From Gemmatimonadaceae bacterium (lineage in GTDB: Bacteria; Gemmatimonadota; Gemmatimonadetes; Gemmatimonadales; Gemmatimonadaceae), in contig JBJMOW010000002.1 of NCBI GenBank assembly GCA_045803545.1, positions 448,001 through 512,000 on the forward strand: a DNA stretch of 64,000 nucleotides. The letters run 5' to 3'. Position numbers and translations under genes: made by a program. The stretch's first letter is position 1. The number at the start of each line of letters is the position of its first letter. Positions 11,472 to 21,915 of this stretch are shown piece by piece. Below the pieces are notes generated by a model. That model was given only the letters and a program-made list of their open reading frames with translations. It had not been told where the DNA came from and did no database searches.

Positions 11472-12571
11472 TGCGGATACTCGTTCTGAACTGGCAGGAT
11501 TCGGGGAACCCCCAGGCCGGTGGCGCCGAACTTCACCTACAACAGATCTTCAGTCGAATAGTCGCCCGTGGACATAGCGTCGATCTGCTGTGCAGTGGCT
11601 GGGCGAAGGTCCCGGCCAGAACTGAGCTCGAAGGAATCGATGTTTATCGAGTGGGGACGCGACACACCTATCCCTTTCTGGCCAAGCGCTTTTACAGCCG
11701 CCATCTAGCCCAAAAAGGCTACGACGTCGTGATCGAGGATCTGAACAAGGTCCCGCTATATACCCCACTGTGGGACGCAAAAAAGCTCGTGGCTCTGGTG
11801 CACCATCTTTTCGGCAGCACCGTTTTTCGCGAGGCATCGGCGCCATTGGCGGCCGCGGTCTGGCTGTCGGAACGCCCGCTCGGACTTCTCTACCGCAAAA
11901 TCCCCTTCCAAGCGGTGAGTAAGAGCACGGCAGACGATCTTGTGCGCCGAGGCATCCCACGGACTTCCATCCGCGTCATCTATAACGGGGTCGACTCTCA
12001 GACACTGACGCCCGATTCGTCGGAGCGCGCCGAGAAGCCGGTGTTCGTCTATCTGGGGCGACTAAAGAGATACAAGCGGGTCGATACCGTGATTCGCGCA
12101 TTCGCGAGCCTGAATCTCGACGACGCGACTTTGGAGATCGCCGGCACCGGCGACTATCGAGCACCCCTCGAAGGGCTGGCGCAATCGCTCCATCTGGGCG
12201 ACAGAGTGAAGTTTCTCGGTTTTGTACCCGAGACTCAGAAGGCGCACCTGCTCCGCCGCGCCTGGGCATCGGTCCTGGCTTCACCCAAAGAAGGGTGGGG
12301 GATCAGCAACCTCGAGGCTGCGGCATGCGGAACGCCCGTCATTGCGGCAAATTCTCCTGGTATCCGCGAGTCCGTGATAGATGGCGAGACAGGATTCCTC
12401 GTTCCGCAGGATGATCCCGAGGCCATGGCTGCCGCGATGAGAGGTTTGGTGCAGTCTCCCGATCTGGTAAACGTGCTCGGAGCGGCAGGCAGAAGGTTCG
12501 CGCAAACATTCACATGGGATCGCTCTGCCAATGAAACACTCGCGCATTTGGAGGAAGTGGTTTCAAAATGA
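11471..12571 (+). CDS. glycosyltransferase family 4
   Basis: AGGAE, YLGRLKRYKR, EGWGISNLEAAACGTPV; GTG start overlaps nusB stop. Confidence 0.9.
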   Translation: MRILVLNWQDSGNPQAGGAELHLQQIFSRIVARGHSVDLLCSGWAKVPARTELEGIDVYRVGTRHTYPFLAKRFYSRHLAQKGYDVVIEDLNKVPLYTPLWDAKKLVALVHHLFGSTVFREASAPLAAAVWLSERPLGLLYRKIPFQAVSKSTADDLVRRGIPRTSIRVIYNGVDSQTLTPDSSERAEKPVFVYLGRLKRYKRVDTVIRAFASLNLDDATLEIAGTGDYRAPLEGLAQSLHLGDRVKFLGFVPETQKAHLLRRAWASVLASPKEGWGISNLEAAACGTPVIAANSPGIRESVIDGETGFLVPQDDPEAMAAAMRGLVQSPDLVNVLGAAGRRFAQTFTWDRSANETLAHLEEVVSK

Positions 12572-12590
12572 TTGACACACGCGCACGCTG

Positions 12591-13571
12591 ATGCCGCCAG
12601 CCAAAGTCACTGTCGGGCAGCTACTCGACCGGCTGCGCGGCTCACTTCAGTTGGAGGAGCTCGAGCCCGGAACCGGCCACGATCGCTCGGTTGGTAACGC
12701 CGAAGTATCCAGTCCCGGACTCGTACTCGCCGGATACGTGAAGCGCTTTTCGGCCCAGCGACTGCAGGTGCTCGGAGAAACAGAGATCACCTACCTCGCG
12801 TCACTCAGCCCCTCTGCCCGGCGCGAGATTCTCGACCTGTTTTTCTCCTTCCCCATTCCCGCCGTTTTCATAACGAAGGGTCAGCGCCTCCCGCTCGGAC
12901 TGAAAGAGTTCGCCGCCAATGCGGGCGTTCCGCTCATTCGCACCAAGCTCAAGACCGCGGAGTTTTACCGGCGCATCAAGCCCGTGCTGGAAATGGAGTT
13001 TGCGCCGACTGTCTCTCTCCATGGATCCCTCGCCGACGTTTTTGGCGTCGGACTTTTCTTTACGGGGAAAAGCGGGATCGGAAAGTCGGAGTGCGTTCTC
13101 GATCTGGTCGAGCGCGGCCACCGCCTGGTGGCGGACGATCTTGTCGTCACCAGCAAGCGCGGCAACGACGTTTTGATCGGGCGCGGTCACGAGATGCAGC
13201 GTCACTACATGGAGATCCGTGGCGTCGGACTCATCGATATTCCAGCCATTTTCGGGATTCGGGCTGTGCGTCAGCAGAAGCGGCTCGAAGTAGTCGTACA
13301 GCTCGAGGAATGGGATCAACATGCAGTCGTTGATCGAACGGGCCTCGATGTCGAGACTGCCAGCATTCTGGATGTAGACCTGCCGAAAATCACGGTGTTC
13401 CTGAATCCGGGTAAGAACATCACGGTGATCGCCGAGGTAATCGCGCTGAATCACCTCCTCCGCTATTCAGGCATTAACGCTGCGGAGCAATTCAACGAGC
13501 GCCTCATGCGGCGGATGGAGCGGGCAGCGGCGTCCAACATTAAGGAATACCTACAGGAAGATCATGAGTGA
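12591..13571 (+). CDS. hprK: HPr kinase/phosphorylase
   Basis: GKSGIGKSE, LVADD, MEIRGVG, PGKN. Confidence 0.96.
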   Translation: MPPAKVTVGQLLDRLRGSLQLEELEPGTGHDRSVGNAEVSSPGLVLAGYVKRFSAQRLQVLGETEITYLASLSPSARREILDLFFSFPIPAVFITKGQRLPLGLKEFAANAGVPLIRTKLKTAEFYRRIKPVLEMEFAPTVSLHGSLADVFGVGLFFTGKSGIGKSECVLDLVERGHRLVADDLVVTSKRGNDVLIGRGHEMQRHYMEIRGVGLIDIPAIFGIRAVRQQKRLEVVVQLEEWDQHAVVDRTGLDVETASILDVDLPKITVFLNPGKNITVIAEVIALNHLLRYSGINAAEQFNERLMRRMERAAASNIKEYLQEDHE

Positions 13572-13968
13572 GATGAAGGAAGGCGAGGCAGAGCAACCGC
13601 GCGCGGTCGTAATCGGACACGGCGAATTCGCCGCCGGGCTTGTGTCGGCCGTCGGGCAGATCTGCGGAATGGGCGACAAGCTGGTTGTGCTATCGATGAT
13701 GGGCATGACGCCGGAGGAAATTGAGTCGACCATCCGCGAGCAGCTCGATCGCACCGGAGCGCGCGTGATATTCACCGATTTGCCAGCCGGGAGCGCAACT
13801 ATCGCAGCCCGTCGCATCGTGAAAGATGAGCCGGGAATCGTTCTCGTCAGCGGCGTAAACCTGGCGACACTTCTCGATTTCGTATTCAACAATACGGTCT
13901 CACCGACAGAAGCGGCGCGGACGGCCGCCGAGCGAGGGAAAGCTTCCCTGATCGTGGTCGGTCGCTGA
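13564..13968 (+). CDS. PTS mannose/fructose-family EIIA
   Basis: IGHGEFA, TDLPAGS, GVNL. Confidence 0.88.
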   Translation: MSEMKEGEAEQPRAVVIGHGEFAAGLVSAVGQICGMGDKLVVLSMMGMTPEEIESTIREQLDRTGARVIFTDLPAGSATIAARRIVKDEPGIVLVSGVNLATLLDFVFNNTVSPTEAARTAAERGKASLIVVGR

Positions 13969-14456
13969 TGGCGATCCAGCTCTACCGAATCGATGACCGT
14001 CTGATTCACGGACAGGTCGTCGTCGGTTGGGGCCAGCCGCTTAACATCCGTTTTCTCGTGCTCGTCGACGATCTGGTGGCGTCGAGCGACTGGGAACAGG
14101 ATCTCTACCGGATGGCAGTGCCGCCGGAGATGGAGATCATTTTCAATGATGTCGGAACCGCCATCCGCGAACACTCACGATACGCAACCGATCCACGCCC
14201 CGGGCTGCTCATCACAGGCGACATCGCCGGCATGTACCGGCTGGCAAAAGGGGTAAAGGCAATCGGCAACGTCAATCTCGGCGGCATCCATCATCGTGCT
14301 GGCCGCAATGAGAAGCTCCGCTACGTGTATCTCACTCCGGACGAGGAAACGCAGCTGCGGGATCTCGAGGCGGCAGGCGTCGAGGTCACAGCCCAGGATG
14401 TGCCCTCATCGCGACCGGTGCCGCTGGTTGAAGTTCTGGAGGGGGCGACGCGATGA
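13968..14456 (+). CDS. PTS mannose/sorbose-family EIIB
   Basis: RIDDRLIHGQV signature. Confidence 0.93.
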   Translation: MAIQLYRIDDRLIHGQVVVGWGQPLNIRFLVLVDDLVASSDWEQDLYRMAVPPEMEIIFNDVGTAIREHSRYATDPRPGLLITGDIAGMYRLAKGVKAIGNVNLGGIHHRAGRNEKLRYVYLTPDEETQLRDLEAAGVEVTAQDVPSSRPVPLVEVLEGATR

Positions 14457-15136
14457 CATTGCTCGAAACGCTCCCACTTGCGCTGCTCGGCGGACTGTTC
14501 GGACTCGACGTCGTCAGTTTCCCGCAGATAATGATCTCGCGACCGATCGTCGCGGCCACAGCGGCGGGCGCGTTCATCGGCAATCCACCAGCGGGACTAC
14601 TCATTGGAGTTGTCCTCGAGATGATCGCGCTGGACACGTTGCCGTTCGGTGCCGCCCGATATCCGGAGTGGGGATCAGCAGGCGTCGTTGGAGGCGCGCT
14701 GTTCGCCTCTCAGCCCGCTGGCATGCCGGGCGCGCTCCCCGCGTCCGTTCTCGCAGCCTTGCTCACCGCCAGCATCAGTGGTTGGAGCATGGTGGTGCTG
14801 CGGCGGTTGATCGCTTGGCGTCTTGAGCACCTCCGAGATCAGCTGGAGGAAGGATCACGCTACGCGCTGATGTCATTCCACCTGTCCGGCATGACCATGG
14901 ATTTGTTGCGCGCTGCGTTGGTTACGACGCTCGCGATGGTGATATTCGCGCCGATCGTGAAAGCAATCGTGGCTGTCTGGGGCAGTGAATCGGCAACTTC
15001 ACGCGCGGTGGTGGTGGTTGTGGTCGCAATCGTTGCCGGCGCCGCGCTTTGGAAGGTGTTCCACTCGGTGCGCTACGTACTGTGGTTTCTCCTGGCCGGC
15101 CTCATAGCGTGGACCTTTATCCTGGTGACGCGATGA
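14453..15136 (+). CDS. PTS mannose-family EIIC
   Basis: Hydrophobic, SRPIV, LE...GAA; position in operon. Confidence 0.85.
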   Translation: MTLLETLPLALLGGLFGLDVVSFPQIMISRPIVAATAAGAFIGNPPAGLLIGVVLEMIALDTLPFGAARYPEWGSAGVVGGALFASQPAGMPGALPASVLAALLTASISGWSMVVLRRLIAWRLEHLRDQLEEGSRYALMSFHLSGMTMDLLRAALVTTLAMVIFAPIVKAIVAVWGSESATSRAVVVVVVAIVAGAALWKVFHSVRYVLWFLLAGLIAWTFILVTR

Positions 15137-15903
15137 CCGCGCAGGTCGAGTCGACTTTCGCGCTACCGCTGCGCATCAAGGCGGCGATGTTCTTTCGCCT
15201 GCTCGCGCTACAGGGCTCGTGGAATTATGAGACACTCAACGGGACCGGGCTTGGCTTCGCGATGGAGCCGGCATTGACCAGACTTCCCGGTGGCCGCGAC
15301 GGACCGGCGTATCGCGCCGCTCTGGCGCGCCAGTCGCGCTACTTCAACACGCACCCATACCTGGCTGGCGTGGCGGTTGGGGCACTCTCCCGCGCCGAGC
15401 TCGAGGGAGTGGACCCGACTCGCATTGAGCGCTTCCGAACCGCGCTGCCCGGGCCGCTTGGAAGTGTGGGTGACCGCCTGGTCTGGGCCAGCTGGCTGCC
15501 ATTGTGCTCGCTGGTGGCGTTAGGGGTGTACGGCGTGGGCGGGTCGCCTTTGGCAGTCGTTGGTACATTTCTGTTGCTGTACAACGCCGGCCATTTCGCG
15601 CTCAGGGCATGGGCACTTCACGTCGGACTTTCTCGGGGTCTCAACGTCGCAACAGCGCTGGGGAATCCGGTGCTGCGCCGCGGGCCCCAGTACATCGCGT
15701 GCGCAGCTGCGCTGGTTGCCGGCATTGCGTTGCCGTTGGCGCTCCAGCGCATAACTGGTCCGGGACGGGCGCTGGCGGGCGGTATTGTCGCGGCATCGCT
15801 CATTGGAATTCTGATTCTGGCCGGATTGCGAGAGCGCGCCGAGGGTTGGCGCATTGCACTCGGCGTATTGGCGGTTTTCGTTCTCTACTCGGTGCTGACC
15901 TAA
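15133..15903 (+). CDS. PTS mannose-family EIID
   Basis: QGSWNYE, YFNTHPY, GPLGSVGD; ATG at 15133. Confidence 0.9.
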   Translation: MTAQVESTFALPLRIKAAMFFRLLALQGSWNYETLNGTGLGFAMEPALTRLPGGRDGPAYRAALARQSRYFNTHPYLAGVAVGALSRAELEGVDPTRIERFRTALPGPLGSVGDRLVWASWLPLCSLVALGVYGVGGSPLAVVGTFLLLYNAGHFALRAWALHVGLSRGLNVATALGNPVLRRGPQYIACAAALVAGIALPLALQRITGPGRALAGGIVAASLIGILILAGLRERAEGWRIALGVLAVFVLYSVLT

Positions 15904-16169
15904 TGCCAGAGCGCGAAGTAAAGATCGTCAACAAGCTGGGGATTCACGCGCGGCCCGCCGCGGAAATCGTGAAAACCGCCGGGAAGTTCCGCAGCAACAT
16001 CACCATCGTGCGCGACGATCTCGAAGTCAACGCAAAAAGCATTATGGGGGTGATGATGCTTGCCGCCGAGTTTGGCGCGACGATAGTGCTGCGCGCCGTC
16101 GGTGAAGATGCCGAAGCTGCGCTCGATGCGCTGTCGACTGTGATCGCCAACAAGTTCGGGGAGAGCTAG
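15903..16169 (+). CDS. ptsH: phosphocarrier protein HPr
   Basis: GIHARPAA (His15) and NAKSIMG (Ser46); ATG at 15903. Confidence 0.96.
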   Translation: MPEREVKIVNKLGIHARPAAEIVKTAGKFRSNITIVRDDLEVNAKSIMGVMMLAAEFGATIVLRAVGEDAEAALDALSTVIANKFGES

Positions 16170-17995
16170 TGGCCAAAGGGATCGCCGGAATGCCGGCGTC
16201 GCCGGGAATCGTGGACGGCCAGGTGCACCTGCTGCGCTGGGAAGTTCCCGATGTCCGGCATCGCATCATCAGCGACGAGGCGATCCCTGGTGAGCTAAAG
16301 CGCTTTCACGCTGCGCTGGAAAAGGCTCGCGAGAGATTGCGGCAGATCCGCGCACGGGCCGAGAAGCATGCCGGTCCAGACGAGGCGGCGATTTTCGACG
16401 TCCAGATCTCCATCCTCGAGGACGGCGAGCTCGTTCGGCAGGTCGAGGAGCTCATTCATCAGAACCTTGGCGCTGAAAAAGCTTTCGACCTGGTGATGTT
16501 CGAATGGCGCCAGCAGTTCGCGCACCACGCGCGCCCGCTGGTGCGCGAAAGAGTCGGGGATTTGATCGACGTCCACATTCGCGTCCTGTCGATACTCCTC
16601 GGGCTGCCGGATCACGATCCGGTCGATTTGCCAAAGGGGTCGAACAAGATTCTCGTTACACACGATCTGACCCCGAGCCTGACGGTGCAGCTCGATCGCG
16701 AGGCGATCGTCGGCATCGCCACCGATGCAGGCACTCGCACGTCTCACGTGGCAATTCTCGCGCGGTCACTTGGTCTGCCGGCGGTGGTTGGATTGCGCAA
16801 TGCGACCGAGCAATTGACAGGCAGTGAGCACGTGATTCTCGACGGCACTTCGGGTGTTCTCGTCGTCAATCCAACGCCCAGTCAGATCAAGAAATACCGT
16901 GAGCGTCGTGCCGTCGAAGCGCTGGAGGACAAAGAGCTGCAGGCGCTGGCCGCAGCCGAGTCGGTCACCCTCGATGGTCACTGGGTGACGCTGCGCGCAA
17001 ATGTCGATTTGCCCGAGGAAGCAGAGTTTGCAGCACACAGCGGCGCCGAGGGAGTCGGACTCATGCGGACCGAATTCCTCGTTGTCGGCAGGGCAACGAT
17101 GCCCGACGAGGAAGAGCAGTACCGCGCCTATCGCCACGTGGTCGAGGCGTTCGGAGGGCGCCCAGTGGTCATTCGAACCTTCGACGTGGGCGGCGACAAG
17201 CTGCCGGTCGGAGGCTATCCGACTGATCCAAATCCATTCCTCGGCTGGCGCGCAATCAGGATGTGCCTCGACGAGCCCGAGCTGTTCAAAACCCAGCTGC
17301 GCGCGTTGCTGCGCGCGGCGATGCACGGCGACGTCAGAATCATGTTCCCGCTCGTGATCACGCTGGATGAGGTAAAGCAGGCGAAGCATCTGCTCAACGA
17401 AGCCGCGCGTGAGCTCGACGCCAGGGGCGTCCAATATCGCCATGACCTGCCGCTCGGCGTGATGGTTGAAACGCCGGCCGCGGCGATTTCCGTGCACACC
17501 CTCGTCGATGATGTTTCCTTCTTCAGCATCGGCACCAACGATCTGGTGCAATACACGCTGGCAGTCGATCGCGGGAGCGCCAACCTCGCCTCGCGCTTCA
17601 CGCCGTTGCACCCTGCAGTGCTGACGCTGATCAAGCGCATCGTCGACGTCGGCGTTGCTCACCGCCTCGAAGTCGCGGTGTGCGGCGAGATGGCTTCCCA
17701 GCCGTTGATGGCCTTCGCGCTGATCGGACTTGGCGTTCGCTCGCTTAGTGTCGCCGGGCGCGCCGTCCCGCTCGTTAAGCGAATCGTCCGCGGCGTCAGC
17801 GTCGGCGTCGCGGCCGAGGCGGCCAGCGCCGCGCTCGAGTCCCGTACCGCTCGCGAGGCGGAGGGCGAGCTCCGTCGCCGGCTAATGAGCGCATTCGGAG
17901 ACGCCTCATTCCTGCGTGCCGGGTTGCCCGACGTCGTCGACGGGAATATCTTCGAAAGCTCCGGTGGAATGAAAACATCCTCGGCGCGGGAATAG
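16169..17995 (+). CDS. ptsI: PTS enzyme I
   Basis: TSHVAILARS, GLMRTEF, NPFLGWRAIR, SIGTNDL, CGE. Confidence 0.96.
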   Translation: MAKGIAGMPASPGIVDGQVHLLRWEVPDVRHRIISDEAIPGELKRFHAALEKARERLRQIRARAEKHAGPDEAAIFDVQISILEDGELVRQVEELIHQNLGAEKAFDLVMFEWRQQFAHHARPLVRERVGDLIDVHIRVLSILLGLPDHDPVDLPKGSNKILVTHDLTPSLTVQLDREAIVGIATDAGTRTSHVAILARSLGLPAVVGLRNATEQLTGSEHVILDGTSGVLVVNPTPSQIKKYRERRAVEALEDKELQALAAAESVTLDGHWVTLRANVDLPEEAEFAAHSGAEGVGLMRTEFLVVGRATMPDEEEQYRAYRHVVEAFGGRPVVIRTFDVGGDKLPVGGYPTDPNPFLGWRAIRMCLDEPELFKTQLRALLRAAMHGDVRIMFPLVITLDEVKQAKHLLNEAARELDARGVQYRHDLPLGVMVETPAAAISVHTLVDDVSFFSIGTNDLVQYTLAVDRGSANLASRFTPLHPAVLTLIKRIVDVGVAHRLEVAVCGEMASQPLMAFALIGLGVRSLSVAGRAVPLVKRIVRGVSVGVAAEAASAALESRTAREAEGELRRRLMSAFGDASFLRAGLPDVVDGNIFESSGGMKTSSARE

Positions 17996-18049
17996 TACGG
18001 CCCGACGACCGTTGCCACCGATCATCCTCAGTTCGCTAAAAGGAACTTC

Positions 18050-19216
18050 GTGCTCGATCGACATCTATTCACCTCGGAGTCCGTTACCGAGGGCCATCCG
18101 GACAAGGTCGCTGACGCGATCTCCGATGCCATCCTCGATGCCATCCTCAGAGACGATCCCGCTGCTCGCGTAGCCTGCGAAACGCTTGTCACTACAGGCC
18201 TCGCCTGCGTTGCCGGTGAGATCACTACCAAAACGTACGTCAACGTGCCGGAGATCGTCCGCTCGACGATCCATCGCATCGGCTACAACGATGCCGGTTA
18301 CGGATTCGACTCTAAGACGTGCGCAGTAATCAGCACCATCGACAAGCAGTCGCCCGACATCGCGCAGGGAGTGGACACCGGTGGCGCCGGCGACCAGGGC
18401 ATGATGTTCGGTTACGCGACCGATGAGACGCCCGAGCTGATGCCAATGCCAATTCAGATCGCACATCGCCTCACCGAGCGTCTCGCGGAGTTTCGACGCT
18501 CAAAGGACGGGGGCTGGGTGCGGCCCGATGGGAAGGCACAGGTCACTGTTCTTTACGAAGATGCATTGCCCGTTGGTGTCGAAACGGTCGTTGTCTCGAC
18601 CCAGCACGCTGAAGACATCTCGACCAAGAAGATCCGCGAGGCGGTAATTGCGGAAGTCATCGAGCCGGTGATCCCGAAAGAACTGCGCGACAAGAACGTC
18701 AAATACCACATCAATCCGACGGGGCGCTTCGTAATCGGCGGGCCTCAGGGCGACGCGGGTTTGACTGGCCGCAAGATCATCGTCGACACTTACGGCGGTA
18801 TGGCCCGTCACGGCGGTGGCGCGTTCAGCGGCAAAGATCCATCGAAGGTCGATCGCTCGGCGTGCTACGCTGCGCGGTGGGTGGCGAAGAACATCGTCGG
18901 CGCCAAGCTCGCCCGACGGTGCGAGGTTCAGGTCGCGTACGCTATCGGCGTCGCCGAGCCTGTTTCTGTGAACGTCGACACTTTCGGCACTAATACAGTG
19001 CCGGAGACTGCAATCATGAAGGCGATCAAGAAGGTTTTCAATCTGACGCCTAAGGGGATCATCGAAGCGCTCGATCTCCGCAAACCGATCTACAGCCCGA
19101 CGTCGGCATATGGGCATTTCGGCAGAGAACCGAAGAAGAACGGCAAGGGAACGCTGTTCACCTGGGAACGCCTCGATCGCGTGTCGGACCTCAAGAAAGC
19201 CGTCGAAACACGGTAA
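18050..19216 (+). CDS. metK: S-adenosylmethionine synthetase
   Basis: [28 protein letters not shown]. Confidence 0.98.
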   Translation: MLDRHLFTSESVTEGHPDKVADAISDAILDAILRDDPAARVACETLVTTGLACVAGEITTKTYVNVPEIVRSTIHRIGYNDAGYGFDSKTCAVISTIDKQSPDIAQGVDTGGAGDQGMMFGYATDETPELMPMPIQIAHRLTERLAEFRRSKDGGWVRPDGKAQVTVLYEDALPVGVETVVVSTQHAEDISTKKIREAVIAEVIEPVIPKELRDKNVKYHINPTGRFVIGGPQGDAGLTGRKIIVDTYGGMARHGGGAFSGKDPSKVDRSACYAARWVAKNIVGAKLARRCEVQVAYAIGVAEPVSVNVDTFGTNTVPETAIMKAIKKVFNLTPKGIIEALDLRKPIYSPTSAYGHFGREPKKNGKGTLFTWERLDRVSDLKKAVETR

Positions 19217-19239
19217 CGAGGCGTAGCCGAGAGTGTATT

Positions 19240-19272
19240 AAAGCTGACCGCCGAAACCGCGGTCAGCTTTTC
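19240..19272 (+). terminator. intrinsic terminator after metK
   Basis: Stem AAAGCTGACCG / CGGTCAGCTTT running into a T tract. Confidence 0.75.
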
Positions 19273-19303
19273 TACTTTCGGGGCACAACGTTATCTTGTC
19301 TTC

Positions 19304-19819
19304 ATGCAGCTAGTCGAAGTCGAAGTGATGCGGCTCGGCCTTGACCGGTCGACCAACTCCTACGTTGTCATCCTGCAGGAGAAGGGTGGCGCGAGACTGC
19401 TGCCAATCTGGATCGGCCAGCCCGAGGCAGAGTCGATCGTCATCGAGATGAACAAGCTCAAACGAGAGCGACCCCTCACCCACGATCTTTGCAAGAACCT
19501 CATCATCGGCATGGGCGGGAAGCTGCGCCGCGTGAACATCACCAAAGTCGAGAATCGGACTTTCTACGCAGAGCTTCACATCGCGCGTGACTCTGGGGCG
19601 GTTCACATCGACGCCCGCCCGTCTGACAGCATCGCGATTGCTCTCAGATTCGAGGCGCCGATCTTTGCGCAGGAAAGTCTTCTCACTGCGCTCCTCCTCG
19701 AAGACGGCCAGACCACACCCGAAACTCTCGCGGAGCCGTCGGACGAGATGTCAGCGGAGCAGCTGAAGGAATACCTCGAGAACCTGCGTCCGGAAGACTT
19801 TGGGAAGTTCAACATGTAG
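19304..19819 (+). CDS. bifunctional nuclease family protein (DUF151)
   Basis: LPIWIG..EA, RPLTHDL, DARPSDSIA. Confidence 0.92.
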   Translation: MQLVEVEVMRLGLDRSTNSYVVILQEKGGARLLPIWIGQPEAESIVIEMNKLKRERPLTHDLCKNLIIGMGGKLRRVNITKVENRTFYAELHIARDSGAVHIDARPSDSIAIALRFEAPIFAQESLLTALLLEDGQTTPETLAEPSDEMSAEQLKEYLENLRPEDFGKFNM

Positions 19820-20762
19820 TCTCGCGGGCCTGCTGTTGTTGTTGCAGGTCGCGCTCCCTTCAGCTCCGCAACAAGTCTCCGGGCGAATCGTTCGTCCCGG
19901 ATCGAAGCACATGGATCCAGTCAGCGGGGCGTGGGTCGTCCTGCACCGGGTCGGTCCCGATCGCGCCGGCCCGCTCGACTCCGTTCAATCAGATGCGCGT
20001 GGACGGTACTCGTTCAACTACACGCGTACCGGCAGCGAGGACGCTGTGTATTTCGTGTCGGCGTTTTACGACGGCATCGCTTACTTCACACCACCATTGA
20101 CCGAAGGCAAAGTCAGCGGCGACGATGGAGAGATCTCCGTGTTCGATACCACGTCAGGTCACGTACCACTGAGTCTTCGCGGGCATCACGTTGTCGTCTC
20201 CGCCGCTGATGCCAATGCGCACCGATCGATCGTCGAAGTCTACGATCTTTCGAATGATTCTTCGGTGACGAGAGTGGCGGCGGGCGACAGTCCAGCAGCT
20301 GCAACGTGGTCAACGCACATCGCTCCCGCGGCGACTGACTTCAAAGTCGGGCAGGGAGACATCTCCGGACAGGCTGTGTCGTTCAAGGACGGAGTTGTTA
20401 GCGTCTTCGCGCCACTCGCCCCCGGTATCAAACAGCTTTCTTTCTCTTACTCACTTCCCGCGAGCTCATTTCCGTTGAAGCTCCCGCTCGAGAAAGAGAC
20501 CGGCGTTTACGAGATAATGATCGAAGACAAAACCGGAGAGGTCAGCGGGCCACACCTACGCGAAGTGGATCCAGTTACTGTCGATGAGCGGAATTACAGA
20601 CGATTCCTAGCCAGCGACATGCCTGAGAACTCTGTTGCAGTGATCGATCTTCCTGCTCCGCCGTCGACCCGCACGGTCGATCCGCGTTATCTGCTGGCAA
20701 TAACTCTTGTCATCGGCGCGTCGATGGTCGTCGCGCTTGCGCAGGCGTTGCGACGTAGATAG
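19800..20762 (+). CDS. exported protein with C-terminal membrane anchor
   Basis: N-terminal hydrophobic signal, beta-rich body (SDARGRYSF), C-terminal TM followed by RRR; start uncertain. Confidence 0.7.
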   Translation: MGSSTCSLAGLLLLLQVALPSAPQQVSGRIVRPGSKHMDPVSGAWVVLHRVGPDRAGPLDSVQSDARGRYSFNYTRTGSEDAVYFVSAFYDGIAYFTPPLTEGKVSGDDGEISVFDTTSGHVPLSLRGHHVVVSAADANAHRSIVEVYDLSNDSSVTRVAAGDSPAAATWSTHIAPAATDFKVGQGDISGQAVSFKDGVVSVFAPLAPGIKQLSFSYSLPASSFPLKLPLEKETGVYEIMIEDKTGEVSGPHLREVDPVTVDERNYRRFLASDMPENSVAVIDLPAPPSTRTVDPRYLLAITLVIGASMVVALAQALRRR

Positions 20763-20781
20763 CTTCGCCATCACAATCGAT

Positions 20782-20933
20782 CGCGGACGGAAGCCACGGA
20801 AACCGGTTTGATGCCGGTGCGGCCCCGCCACTGTATCGGGCAGTTGAACGCCTACTCGTTGACACCACTGGCTGATTCGCAGCTGGGAAGGTGAGTGAGG
20901 CGGCCCGGAGCCAGGAGACGACTTTCGTCCGCG
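20782..20933 (+). ncRNA. cobalamin riboswitch
   Basis: CCGGTGCGGCCCCGCCACTGT, CCACTG..GGGAAGG, GAGCCAGGAGAC; closing stem 20782-20793 / 20922-20933; directly upstream of btu genes. Confidence 0.92.
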
Positions 20934-21027
20934 CCACGTTGCAGAACCTCGGGGGAGGTCCTGGTGGCGGTCAGGCGTCTTATGGCGCGTGCTCGTTGCG
21001 GGCATTCCTCTGGGAGGAGTGTCCGTT

Positions 21028-21915
21028 TTGTTTTTTCGCGCTCGCTACATCTCGATCCTGATCGCAGTTGCCACGCTCGCGGCTTGCCAGCGCAGTGAAA
21101 CGCGCTCGTCACTGCTTCGCGATGATTTCGGCAACGCGATTCATATCCCTGCTGCCTCTCCATCGCGCATCGTCTCGCTCAATCCAGCGACCACCGAGAC
21201 GTTCTTTGCGCTCGGTGCAGGGAATCGCCTGATCGGCCGAACGCAATTCGATTTGTGGCCTGACTCGGCCCGGTTCGTCCCCGACCTCGGCAACGGCATC
21301 AACCCGAACGTCGAAGCAATTCTCGGTGCGCGTCCTGATCTCGTCGTTCTTTACGCCAGCGAAGACAATCGAGCTGCGGCCACTCGGCTCATTGCGAGTG
21401 GTGTCAATACGGTTTCTCTCAAGAACGACCACATCTCCGACTTCGCGCGAACGACCATGCTGCTCGGCGCGATTCTGCACGACACTGCGCGTGCGGTCAC
21501 TGTGCGTGATTCTGTGGAGCGTACGCTGCGCGGTGTCGAGGCAAAGACCCGCGCTGTCACCAGACCGACGGTTTTCTGGCACATCTGGGACGCGCCGCTG
21601 ATCACTGTTGGGAGCGGCAGTTTCATGGACGAGCTAGTGAACATCGCCGGCGCAACCAACGCCTACCGCGACATCCATGGCCCCTCGGGTGAAATCACGC
21701 TCGAGGATGTCGCGAAAAGAAATCCGGACTTCATTCTCGCCGGGCCGATTGGAGCGCACGCCATCGAGTCGGATCCGCGCTGGAAAATCGTTCGAGCCGC
21801 GCGCAATGGGAAAATCCTGGTCGTGGATACGACGCTCGTCGCGCGGCCTGCCGTGCGGTTGGGAGAGGCAGCTGTGTCGCTCGCCAGACTCATTCATCCG
21901 GACGTGATGAAGTGA
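21028..21915 (+). CDS. btuF: cobalamin ABC transporter substrate-binding lipoprotein
   Basis: Lipobox LAAC, RIVSLNP, PNVEAIL..RPDLV; TTG start chosen after GGAGGA, start uncertain. Confidence 0.85.
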   Translation: MFFRARYISILIAVATLAACQRSETRSSLLRDDFGNAIHIPAASPSRIVSLNPATTETFFALGAGNRLIGRTQFDLWPDSARFVPDLGNGINPNVEAILGARPDLVVLYASEDNRAAATRLIASGVNTVSLKNDHISDFARTTMLLGAILHDTARAVTVRDSVERTLRGVEAKTRAVTRPTVFWHIWDAPLITVGSGSFMDELVNIAGATNAYRDIHGPSGEITLEDVAKRNPDFILAGPIGAHAIESDPRWKIVRAARNGKILVVDTTLVARPAVRLGEAAVSLARLIHPDVMK

